NCBI GenBank assembly: GCA_019115305.1
Contig: DXDW01000130.1
Location: forward strand, 49 to 64,048
Source: Candidatus Anaerofilum excrementigallinarum
Lineage (GTDB): Bacteria; Bacillota; Clostridia; Oscillospirales; Ruminococcaceae
Direction: 5' to 3'
DNA: 64,000 nt
Positions within the stretch are counted from its first letter, which is position 1, and the number at the start of each line of letters is the position of its first letter. Positions 8,893 through 18,990 of this stretch are shown here, piece by piece. The notes beneath the pieces were generated by a model that worked only from the letters and a program-made list of their open reading frames with translations, did no database searches and was not told the origin of the DNA. A program made the position numbers and the translations under genes.

Positions 8893-9664
8893 CGTATTCT
8901 CCTTCCAGTTGGATTCGGTCGTCGGCGGGGCGGACGGTCCAGCGTACCTTCATGGGCTCCATCCACTCGCACAGCCGCACCAGAGGCGTTTTTTTGCCCT
9001 CGCCCCAGGCGATGAACTGGGGCCGGGCGATGACATTGCCCAGCAGGTTTCCCAGCACCGCCCCGGCCAGGGGGCCGTGGCTTTTGTAGCTGCCGGGAGT
9101 GTCGGCCAGCTGGCCCCGGAGCACGTCGGGGGCGTTGCGCTTGAACCAGGCCAGGATACGGGGGTCGAAGCTCTCGATGCACCAGGCCCCGGGATAGCCC
9201 CGGAGCAGCTCCAGGGTCTTGCGGCAGAGCAGCCGGTTGCGGGGACCGGTTTTCAGCTCTACAATGAGGGGCACCCGGCCGTCCAGCAACTGCAGCACCT
9301 GGGCAAAGGTGGGGATGGTCTGGTCGGTGCCGCACAGGCGCATGCCCTGCAGCTGGGCCAGCGTGAAGGCATCCACCCGGCCATGTACGCCGCACACCCG
9401 GTCCAGGGTGTCGTCGTGGAACACCACCACTTCCCCCTCCCGGGACAGCTGCACGTCCAGCTCGATGCCGTAACCGGCAGCCGCGGCAGTCTCGAAGGCA
9501 GCCAGGCTGTTTTCCGGCCGGCTGCGGTCGGCGGTGTGCAGGCCGCGGTGGGCCACATTCAGCCCCATAAAGGGGGCGCGCTGGTTGTTTTTGCTTTTTC
9601 CGGGGGCCACCAGCCAGACGGCCAGAAACGGCGCGGCGGCCAGCAGCAGCGAGGACAGCTTCAT
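8846..9664 (-). CDS. Glycerophosphodiester phosphodiesterase
   Basis: VAHRG, PENSLAAF, IELDVQLS, VVFHD, IPTF, IVELK. Confidence 0.92.
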   Translation of the reverse strand: MKLSSLLLAAAPFLAVWLVAPGKSKNNQRAPFMGLNVAHRGLHTADRSRPENSLAAFETAAAAGYGIELDVQLSREGEVVVFHDDTLDRVCGVHGRVDAFTLAQLQGMRLCGTDQTIPTFAQVLQLLDGRVPLIVELKTGPRNRLLCRKTLELLRGYPGAWCIESFDPRILAWFKRNAPDVLRGQLADTPGSYKSHGPLAGAVLGNLLGNVIARPQFIAWGEGKKTPLVRLCEWMEPMKVRWTVRPADDRIQLEGEYDAIIFEYETPPAYYR

Positions 9665-9956
9665 ACCAAAATCCTTCCTTTTTCAGCATCATGGCGGTTT
9701 TGCAGCCGCCCTTATCCCGATTGTATCCCCCCGGCCCTTTCAAGTCAATACCGGGCGGCCCGGCCCGGAAGGCGGCCATAATTTCTTTTCGTTTCTTTCA
9801 CATTTTGGCCACATCTTGCAGATACTATAAGAAAGGGAATGTGTGCCGCAGGCTCCGTCTTGCGTTTGCGCCGCAAAGCCGTATAATAACAGTATGGAGA
9901 AACGGCCGGCGATTTATGCCGCAAAGCCGGACGAGTATCTTTGGGAGGGAACCATC

Positions 9957-10652
9957 ATGACCAACACACCTGCAACGATCCTCATCGTAGACGACGAGCC
10001 CCTGATCCGGGACCTGATCCGGGAGCATCTCACCCACGAGGGCTTTTCCTGTGTGGAGGCTGCCGACGGCTCCTCGGCCCTGGCGCGGCTGGGCCAGGGG
10101 GGTATCGATCTGGTGATCCTGGACATTATGATGCCCTTTGTGGACGGCATGACCTGCCTGCGCCAGATGCGGGCCAGCCGCATCAATACCCCGGTGATCA
10201 TGCTCACCGCCCGCAGCGAGGAATACGACAAGCTGGCGGGGCTGGAAAACGGCGCCGACGACTATGTGGTCAAGCCCTTCAGCCCCCGGGAGCTGGTAGC
10301 CCGGGTAAAAGCGGTGCTGTCCCGCACCATGCCCCGCTCCGCCGACAGCGACCAGACCTTCACCTTTGGGGATCTGGTCATCGATCTGCCCAGCCATTCG
10401 GTGCGCATCGGGGGACAGGAGACCTCTCTCACCCCCAAGGAATTTGATCTGCTGGTCTATCTGGTGAAAAACCGGGGCATCGCCCTTTCCCGGGAAAAGA
10501 TCCTGCAGCAGGTGTGGAACTACGACTACTTCGGCGAGGACCGCACCGTGGACACCCACATCAAAATGCTGCGCAGCCATCTGGGAGCTCACCGCAGCAG
10601 CATCGTCACCGTATGGGGCGTGGGATACAAATTTGATCCCGACGCCAAGTAA
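9957..10652 (+). CDS. OmpR/PhoB family response regulator
   Basis: ILIVDDE, LDIMMP, KPFSPREL, RTVDTHIKMLR wHTH; GGAGG RBS before ATG 9957. Confidence 0.95.
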   Translation: MTNTPATILIVDDEPLIRDLIREHLTHEGFSCVEAADGSSALARLGQGGIDLVILDIMMPFVDGMTCLRQMRASRINTPVIMLTARSEEYDKLAGLENGADDYVVKPFSPRELVARVKAVLSRTMPRSADSDQTFTFGDLVIDLPSHSVRIGGQETSLTPKEFDLLVYLVKNRGIALSREKILQQVWNYDYFGEDRTVDTHIKMLRSHLGAHRSSIVTVWGVGYKFDPDAK

Positions 10653-10729
10653 ACCAACGCCAAAACAGTTCCGGGGGCATCCGCTTGGTGCGGCTGCCCC
10701 CCTGTATTTTAAAAAAGCAGGTGTGCCTG

Positions 10730-12250
10730 ATGAAAAAGAAATTCCGCTGGTCCTTCCGCAGCAAGCTGATGGCCTTTGTTTTCCTGATCTGCCTGGTGCT
10801 GATCGGGCTGGTATACGCTTTGTCGGTACTGTCCCTGGAACCGGCCTACAACCGGCGCATCCGGGAGGACCTGTCGGCCACCTTAAACAATCTGGTATCC
10901 CTGATGGACAACGCCGACTATCCCCTCACCACCCCGGGGCTGCTGGGTATCCCCCAGCGCACCACCGCCTTCAACGACCAGCTCAGCAGCCTGATCCAGA
11001 GCGGCCAGCTCAGCGGCCTGTGCGTGGAGATCGCCACCAGCGCAGGGCAGAAGGTGTTTTCCATGGAGGCGCTGCCCACCACCTGCCTGCTGCACACCGG
11101 CAAGCTGCTGGCCTCCAGCAGTTCGGGGCTTTCGGTGATCGACGCCGAGATCGCCAGCCAGATGCGGTACATCACCATCGTGGACGGCCAGGTGACCCGG
11201 GTGCTGGAAAACCCCTCCACCGGAGCCCAGCAGCTGGTGATGGGCAAACTCACCGCCGACGGCAGCTACACCGTTCTGGTGAGCACCGATCTGGCCCGCA
11301 TCCCCCAGGCGGCGGCGGTGCTGGCCGGCCAGATGAAATGGGTGGCTCTGCTATTGCTGGCCGTGAGCCTGGCGGGCGCCTGGATCTTCAGCACCATCTT
11401 CACCCGGCCCCTGCGGCAGCTGTCGGGGGCGGCCCGGGAGATGGCCCGGGGCAACTACAAGGTACAGGTGGAGGAGGAAGGCCAGGACGAGGTGGCCGAC
11501 CTGGCCCGGGACTTCAACTTCATGGCCCGGGAGGTGGACCGCTCGGCCCGGCTGCAGCAGGAGCTGATCGCCAACATCAGCCACGACCTGCGCACCCCCC
11601 TCACCCTCATCAAGGGCTACGCCGAGACCCTGCGGGATCTCACCGGCGACGACGCCCAGAAGCGCACCCAGCAGCTCAACGTCATTGTGGACGAGACCGA
11701 CCGGCTCAGCGCCCTGGTGAACAGCGTCATGGACCTGTCCAAGATCGGCACCGGCGCCGAAAAGCCCCAGATGGTGGACTTTGACCTGGCCCAGCTCTGC
11801 GACGAGGTGGCCCAGCGGTACGAGGACGTCTGCGCCAAAAACGGCTATACCCTGGAGACCCACACCGACGAGGAATGTCTGGTCCACGCCGACGCGGCCA
11901 TGCTGGAGCGGGTGCTGCACAATCTTCTGGGCAACGCTCTGCACCATGTGGGCCCCGACGGCTGGCTGGGTCTTTCGGCCAAGCCCCTGCCCGGGGGCGG
12001 CTGCCGGGTGGAGGTGGCCGACCACGGCTGCGGCATCCCCGCCGAGGACCTGCCCCATCTCTTTGACAAATACTACCGCAGCCGCCAGGACGCCGGCAAG
12101 GTGGGCAACGGCCTGGGCCTTTCCATCACCAAGGCCATCCTGCAGAGCCACGGCTTTCGCTTTGGGGTGGAGAGCACCGTGGGCCAGGGCAGCGTGTTCT
12201 GGTTCGAGGCCGCCGCCCCGGGCCAGCCGCCCCGGGCCCAGGGCAAATAA
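10730..12250 (+). CDS. HAMP-domain sensor histidine kinase
   Basis: Two TMs, HAMP, SHDLRTPLT H-box, NLLGNA, DHGCGI, GNGLGLSI. Confidence 0.95.
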   Translation: MKKKFRWSFRSKLMAFVFLICLVLIGLVYALSVLSLEPAYNRRIREDLSATLNNLVSLMDNADYPLTTPGLLGIPQRTTAFNDQLSSLIQSGQLSGLCVEIATSAGQKVFSMEALPTTCLLHTGKLLASSSSGLSVIDAEIASQMRYITIVDGQVTRVLENPSTGAQQLVMGKLTADGSYTVLVSTDLARIPQAAAVLAGQMKWVALLLLAVSLAGAWIFSTIFTRPLRQLSGAAREMARGNYKVQVEEEGQDEVADLARDFNFMAREVDRSARLQQELIANISHDLRTPLTLIKGYAETLRDLTGDDAQKRTQQLNVIVDETDRLSALVNSVMDLSKIGTGAEKPQMVDFDLAQLCDEVAQRYEDVCAKNGYTLETHTDEECLVHADAAMLERVLHNLLGNALHHVGPDGWLGLSAKPLPGGGCRVEVADHGCGIPAEDLPHLFDKYYRSRQDAGKVGNGLGLSITKAILQSHGFRFGVESTVGQGSVFWFEAAAPGQPPRAQGK

Positions 12251-12258
12251 AGCACAGC

Positions 12259-12306
12259 AAAAAAGCCCTTTCCTTCCGGCACGGTGCCGGTGGAAAGGGC
12301 TTTTTC
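12259..12306. terminator. Bidirectional intrinsic terminator
   Basis: AAAAAGCCCTTTCC...GGAAAGGGCTTTTT. Confidence 0.8.
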
Positions 12307-12317
12307 CTGTTTGGCTG

Positions 12318-12488
12318 TCAGCTGTCTTTTTTGTCGGGGTCCTGGCTGTCCTTTCCGCCTTTGCGGCCCGAAAAGCAGCCAAATCCGGTCCCGATGGCCA
12401 GGCCCAGGCAAAGTCCCAGGGCCAGATTGTCAAAAGCGACCCCGAATACCACTCCCAGACAGAGCCCGATGCCAATGCTTTGGTTCAT
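12318..12488 (-). CDS. 56-aa glycine-zipper membrane protein (not in ORF track)
   Basis: MNQSIGIGLCLGVVFGVAFDNLALGLCLGLAIGTGFGCFSGRKGGKDSQDPDKKDS*; purine-rich RBS. Confidence 0.75.
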   Translation of the reverse strand: MNQSIGIGLCLGVVFGVAFDNLALGLCLGLAIGTGFGCFSGRKGGKDSQDPDKKDS

Positions 12489-12528
12489 CTTTCACCCTTC
12501 CTCTTGCTTTTTCTTTCCCGGCCCGGTT

Positions 12529-12747
12529 TCATTCCTCCGGCCCGCCGTCTTTTCCGTTCTCTCCCTTATCCCCGCCGTCGCGGCGGCCGGCCAGTACTCC
12601 GAAGCAGACCCCCAGAGCCAGGCCGATGCCCGCACCGGTGGCCAGGTTGTCAAAGAGGGCCATTCCCAGCCCTGCCCCCAGGCAGAGTCCCAGGGAGATG
12701 CCCAAAGCCAATTTGTTCTGGCTGTCCTTTTCCGGCGATGGTTTCAT
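12529..12747 (-). CDS. 72-aa glycine-zipper membrane protein, paralog of 12318-12488
   Basis: GGAGG RBS; GISLGLCLGAGLGMALFDNLATGAGIGLALG. Confidence 0.8.
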   Translation of the reverse strand: MKPSPEKDSQNKLALGISLGLCLGAGLGMALFDNLATGAGIGLALGVCFGVLAGRRDGGDKGENGKDGGPEE

Positions 12748-12823
12748 AGTCTTTTCTCCTCCGTCCTGTGGGGCCTTGTTTTGTCCCCAGTGTACCACCC
12801 CTGCCCCTGCGGGTCAATGCCTT

Positions 12824-15040
12824 TCAGTCGGCGGGCACCGACGGGTCGTAGAAGGACACCTCCACGGCGCTGCCGGCGGGCAGCATGGTCCCCGCCGAAA
12901 CGCTCTGGCCGGCGGCTACGGTCCCCTCCTGATTTGCCGGGCCAAGGGCCGCCAGATTCAGCCCCGCTTCGGCCAGCCGGTCGGCGGCCTGGTCGGGGGT
13001 GAGCCCTTCCAGGGAGGGCACCGTGACAAGGGCCGGCTGGGTGTCCTCGGTGTAGAGCACCACCGTGCTGCCCCGGGGCAATACCTGGCCCGCCGCCGGG
13101 CTCTGGCCGGTGACGGTGCTCTGCTGGCCTCTGGTGCTGCAATTGAGTCCCGCGGCGGCCAGCCGGTCGCTGGCGTCGTGGCGGTCGATGCCGGTGACGT
13201 CGGGCACCGTGGTCTCCACCTTTTCCCGCTCCTCGGCGGTATAGACCGGGGCCACATCCAGATACTGGAGAGTATCCCGGATCACCTGGCCCACCACCGG
13301 AGCAGCCAGAGTGCCCCCCGAAGAACTGAAGGTGTTGGGCTCATCCAGCACGATGAGCACCGCGATCTTGGGATCGTCGGCGGGGGCTACCCCCACAAAG
13401 CTGGCGATGCGGGCGGCGGAATTGTCGGAATCCAGCTTCTGGCTGGTGCCCGACTTGCCCCCCACCCGGAACCCCGCCACATAGGCATTTTTGCCGGGTC
13501 CGTTGTCCACGGTATGGCGCAGCATCTCCCGGATGGAATCGCTGGCGGACTGGCTGATCACCTGCCGCTTTTCCACCGGCTGGGTCTGGCTGATCACCGC
13601 CCCCTCCTCGTCCAGGATCTGGCTGACCAGATAGGGCTGCATCAGGTGGCCGCCGTTCACCGCTGCCGACACCGCCGTGATCATCTGGATGGGGGTGATC
13701 TTGCTGCTCTGGCCGAAGCTGCAGCTGGCCAGCTCCACCGGGCCCATGCGCTCGGCGGTGTAGAATTCGGACTTTTTCGGCTCGGCAGGCAGGTCGATGC
13801 CGGTGGCGCCGGTGAGCCCGAAGGCCTCGAAATACTGATAGAACCGCTCCCGGCCCAGAGCCGCCCCGATCTGGATAAAGCTGCAGTTGCAGCTGTTGAG
13901 CAGGGCGTCGGCGATGTTCAGGCTGCCGTGGATCTTGCCGTTGGCGCAGTGAAAGGTGGTGCCCGACACCTGGATGGCTCCCCGGCAGGGAAAGATGGTC
14001 TGCCGGGTAACGGCGCCGCTGTCCAGAGCCGCCGAGGCGGTGATGATCTTGAACACCGACCCCGGCTCGTAGAGGTCGCTCACCGCCTTGTTGCGCCACT
14101 GGGCCTGCTGGGCCAGGCTCAGGGCCTCGGCCCGCTGGTCATCGGGCAGCGCGTCGATCTGGGCCTGGAGGGTCTGGTCGGCCAGCAGCCGGGGCTGGTT
14201 GGGGTCATAGTCGGGCTTGGTGCTCATGGCCAGAATGGCCCCGGTATCCACATCCATGACGATGCCCACTCCCCGGGCCTGGACGTTGTATTCCGCCACC
14301 GCCCGGCTGAGGTAGTTTTCCAGATAGCTCTGGATGTTTTTGTCGATGGTCAGCACCAGACTGCTGCCCTGGGTGGGGGCGGAAAGGGTCTCGTAGAGGT
14401 CGGGCAAAGGGTAGCCCCAGGCGTTTTTGGCCGCCAGCAGGCTGCCGTCCTCCCCTTTCAGCTGGCTGTTGTATTCCAGTTCCAGCCCCGCCACACCGTC
14501 GCCGTCCACATTCACAAAGCCCAGGATGCTCCCCGCCAGGTCCCCCTGGGGGTAATACCGGCGGCTGTCCTCCAGCACCAGAATGCCCTCCACCCCGTTT
14601 TCGGCGCAGTAGAGCCGGACGGCGTCGGCCATCTCCTTGTCCACCCGGCGGCGGAGCAAGGCGTCGTTGCTGCTGCGCTGGCTCAGCTTTTCCAACACAT
14701 CGGCAGCGTCCAGCTCCAAAATCTCCGCCAAAGCCGCCGCGGCTGGCTGCACATCCTCGTCCGCCATCTCCCGGGGCACCGCCCGGATGGTCCAGGCCGT
14801 GGCCGACACCGCCAGCGGTTCCAGGTTGGCGTCGTAGATGGTCCCCCGGGGGGCTGTCACCGTGACGCCCCGCAGCTGCTGCCCCGCCGCCCGGGGAGCG
14901 TAGAGGTCGTCCCGGACAAACTGGATGTAATACAGCCGTCCCAGCAGCACCCCGAAGCAGCCCACCGCAAAGATGCCCGCCACCACGGCGGCCCGCAGCC
15001 GGATGCTCCGCCCCGGCGCCGTCCCCAGTTCCCAATCCAT
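12824..15040 (-). CDS. Class B penicillin-binding protein with two PASTA domains (SpoVD/FtsI-like)
   Basis: PRGTIYD, RYYPQG, YEPGSVFK (SxxK), SCN, GGKSGT, VPDVTG/VPSLEG PASTA repeats. Confidence 0.9.
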   Translation of the reverse strand: MDWELGTAPGRSIRLRAAVVAGIFAVGCFGVLLGRLYYIQFVRDDLYAPRAAGQQLRGVTVTAPRGTIYDANLEPLAVSATAWTIRAVPREMADEDVQPAAAALAEILELDAADVLEKLSQRSSNDALLRRRVDKEMADAVRLYCAENGVEGILVLEDSRRYYPQGDLAGSILGFVNVDGDGVAGLELEYNSQLKGEDGSLLAAKNAWGYPLPDLYETLSAPTQGSSLVLTIDKNIQSYLENYLSRAVAEYNVQARGVGIVMDVDTGAILAMSTKPDYDPNQPRLLADQTLQAQIDALPDDQRAEALSLAQQAQWRNKAVSDLYEPGSVFKIITASAALDSGAVTRQTIFPCRGAIQVSGTTFHCANGKIHGSLNIADALLNSCNCSFIQIGAALGRERFYQYFEAFGLTGATGIDLPAEPKKSEFYTAERMGPVELASCSFGQSSKITPIQMITAVSAAVNGGHLMQPYLVSQILDEEGAVISQTQPVEKRQVISQSASDSIREMLRHTVDNGPGKNAYVAGFRVGGKSGTSQKLDSDNSAARIASFVGVAPADDPKIAVLIVLDEPNTFSSSGGTLAAPVVGQVIRDTLQYLDVAPVYTAEEREKVETTVPDVTGIDRHDASDRLAAAGLNCSTRGQQSTVTGQSPAAGQVLPRGSTVVLYTEDTQPALVTVPSLEGLTPDQAADRLAEAGLNLAALGPANQEGTVAAGQSVSAGTMLPAGSAVEVSFYDPSVPAD

Positions 15041-15076
15041 ACCCCTTGCCCCCTTTTTTCGCCCTGGTATGGCAAA

Positions 15077-15105
15077 AGGGTATGCGCTCCGGCCTTAAAA
15101 AATGC
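15077..15105 (-). promoter_or_regulatory. Sigma-E-like promoter upstream of PBP
   Basis: Minus strand GCATTT-N15-CATACCCT. Confidence 0.45.
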
Positions 15106-15224
15106 CCCGGCTCTCCAGCCTGCCCGGCCGCACCCCTTCGGCCCGGCCCAGAAAAAAGGTGCGGCTTTCCCCCGAAGGGAAAGCACAAAAGCCCTGAAAA
15201 CGCACAAAAGCCTTGAAAACGCGC

Positions 15225-15262
15225 AAAAGCCGCCGCTTCCACATTCGGAAGCGGCGGCTTTT
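15225..15262 (-). terminator. Intrinsic terminator
   Basis: AAAAGCCGCCGCTTCC-loop-GGAAGCGGCGGCTTTT. Confidence 0.8.
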
Positions 15263-15277
15263 CGCTCTTACAGGGAT

Positions 15278-16546
15278 TTATTTGTTGTCAAAAAAGGCAC
15301 GCTGTACCCCCAGCAGCACCCCTGCCCGGCTGGCTGCAAAGTTGAGCCCGCCCTGGAGATAGGCGATGTAGGGTTCCCGCACCGGGGCGTCGCAGCTCAG
15401 CTCGATGCTGCTGCCTAAAGTGAAGGCGCCGGCGGCCATGATCACCTGGCTGGTGTAGCCGGGCATGGCGTAGGGCTCGGGGGTGACGAAGCTGTCCACC
15501 GGGCTGCCGGCCTGGATGCCCTGGCAGAGGGCGCAGAGGGCCTCGGCGCTGCCGGTGTAGACGCTGGTGATGATGTCGTTGCGGTCCTCCTGCCAGCGGG
15601 GGGTGACCCGGTAGCCCAGGTTCTCCAGCAGGCAGCTGGCATAGACGCTGGTTTTCAGGGCCTCGGCGGTGACGCCGGGGGCGTAGTAGAGGCCCAGGTA
15701 CATCTGGCGCAGGGTGTCCAAAGTGCAGCCCAGCTCCCGGCCGGTGCCGGGGCAGGTGAGCCGGTGGGAGCATTTTTCCACCAGATCGTGACGGCCGGCG
15801 ATGTAGCCGCCGGTGGGGGCGATGCCGCCGCCGGGGTTTTTGATGAGGCTGCCCACAATGAGGTCGGCTCCCACGCTGGTGGGCTCGGCCTTCTGGGTGA
15901 ACTCGCCGTAGCAGTTGTCCACCATCACCACAATGTTGGGGTTGGCGGTCTTGGCGGCCTTTACTACCCGGCCGATGGTCTCCAGATCAAAGGCGGGGCG
16001 GTCGGCGTAGCCCCGGCTGCGCTGGATATGGCAGACGGTGGCGCCGGGGGCCTTCTGGGCGATGAGATCATAGTCGGGGGTGCCGTCCTCCAGCAGAGGG
16101 GCCTCGTCGTAGTGCACCCCGTATTCGGCCAGGCTACCGTAGCCGTCCTTGGCGGTGTCCCCCAGGCCGATCACCCCTTCCAGGGTGTCGTAGGGACGGC
16201 CGGTGGCGGCCAGCAGAGTGTCGCCGGTGCGCAGCAGCCCGAAGAGGGCCACGGTCAGGGCATGGGTGCCGGACAGGAAATGGCTGCGGCAGAGGGCATC
16301 CTCGGCCCCCACCACCTGGGCAAATACCTGGTCCAGCTTGTCCCGGCCGGCGTCGTCGTAGCCGTAGCCGGTGCTGCCCACCAGATGGGTGGCGGACACG
16401 CCGCAGTCGGTGAAGGCTTTGAGCATCTTGAGCTGGTTATACTCCTTCACGGCGTCGATGGCCGCAAACCGCTCCTTGCAGATCTCCATGACCTTTTGAT
16501 CCTCGGCCAGCAGCCGGGGGCTGATGGAAAAAAACTCCTCGATCAT
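15278..16546 (-). CDS. YnbB-like PLP-dependent methionine gamma-lyase / aluminium-resistance family protein
   Basis: GSTGYGYDDAGRD, SGTHAL, IQRSRGY, VDNCYGEF, GSLIKNPGGG, GSSIELS. Confidence 0.92.
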   Translation of the reverse strand: MIEEFFSISPRLLAEDQKVMEICKERFAAIDAVKEYNQLKMLKAFTDCGVSATHLVGSTGYGYDDAGRDKLDQVFAQVVGAEDALCRSHFLSGTHALTVALFGLLRTGDTLLAATGRPYDTLEGVIGLGDTAKDGYGSLAEYGVHYDEAPLLEDGTPDYDLIAQKAPGATVCHIQRSRGYADRPAFDLETIGRVVKAAKTANPNIVVMVDNCYGEFTQKAEPTSVGADLIVGSLIKNPGGGIAPTGGYIAGRHDLVEKCSHRLTCPGTGRELGCTLDTLRQMYLGLYYAPGVTAEALKTSVYASCLLENLGYRVTPRWQEDRNDIITSVYTGSAEALCALCQGIQAGSPVDSFVTPEPYAMPGYTSQVIMAAGAFTLGSSIELSCDAPVREPYIAYLQGGLNFAASRAGVLLGVQRAFFDNK

Positions 16547-16585
16547 CTGTTCTTTTCTTCTCTCCTTATGTTTGGGGTGCGGCGG

Positions 16586-17313
16586 TCAGGGACGGCCGCA
16601 ATGCAGCAATCCCTGCCGGACAAACCCCATCTTTTGGTAAAATGGCTCCCGTTCGGGCCGGCAGAGCAGCCCCACGGTGCGGCCCTCGGCGGCCAGATGG
16701 GCGGCCAGGGCGGCGCAGAGCCCGCCCCCGATGCCCTGCCGGCGATACTGGGGCAAAGTGACCACCCCGGCCAGATAGGCCCGGGTATGGGTGAGGGCAT
16801 AGCATCCCGCGGTGGCCGCCGGCTGGCCGTCCAGCCGCGCCAGCCAGAACTGCCCCATGCCGTGGTTGCGCTTGGTGCAGACCTCGGAATAAAAGTTGTC
16901 GGCCCCGGGGCCGGTGATGCCCTCGCAGGCCACCACCTGCAGCAGATCGGCAGCCGGGGGCGCGGTGTCCAAAGTGACGCCCGCGGGCAGGGCGGGGGGA
17001 ATGCCGGGGCGGTATTCCATGGCGGCCATCTGCCCGCTTTCCCGCCAGCCCATGGGCAGCGGGCCGGCGGTGACGATCCGCCGCACCCCTGCAAAGGCCA
17101 GCATGCCGGCCAGCTCGGCTCCGTCGGCGGCGCCGGCCAGATAGGCGGTGTCTCCCTTGATTTCCATCGCCCCCTGCTCGCAGACAAAAAAGCGCATCAG
17201 GTGGTCGCAGTGGCCGAACAGCCTGGCGTCCACCTCCATCTGGCAGCCCAGAAAGGGGTCGGCAGCCGCCAGGCGGAAAAACTGTTCCTGATTTCCGGTG
17301 TGCAGTGCAGCGA

Positions 17314-17317
<4 letters not shown>
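16586..17317 (-). CDS. GNAT family N-acetyltransferase
   Basis: VVTLPQYRRQGIG motif A, FYQKMGF. Confidence 0.85.
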
Positions 17318-18711
<1,394 letters not shown>

Positions 18712-18990
18712 GGCTCCATTTCCTCCCGGTATTCTGCACCCGGTCCCCTCTCTTGCGAAGAAAAAGGCCGGGCGGATTCGTATAATACACAGTCTATATA
18801 TTATACTCTAAAAAGAGGCCCGGATGCAATCAAAAGGAGATCGTTTGCTGCCTGTCACAAATTTTTCGTCTAAAATGCGGCAAGTTTGGCATCCCTTCCC
18901 CTTGTTCGACACTGCCCGGCATGATAAAATTATGCTGTATGTGCGCGCCTGCGCGCGCTTTTGCCAAGGGAAAGTAAGGAGGAAACGCTT

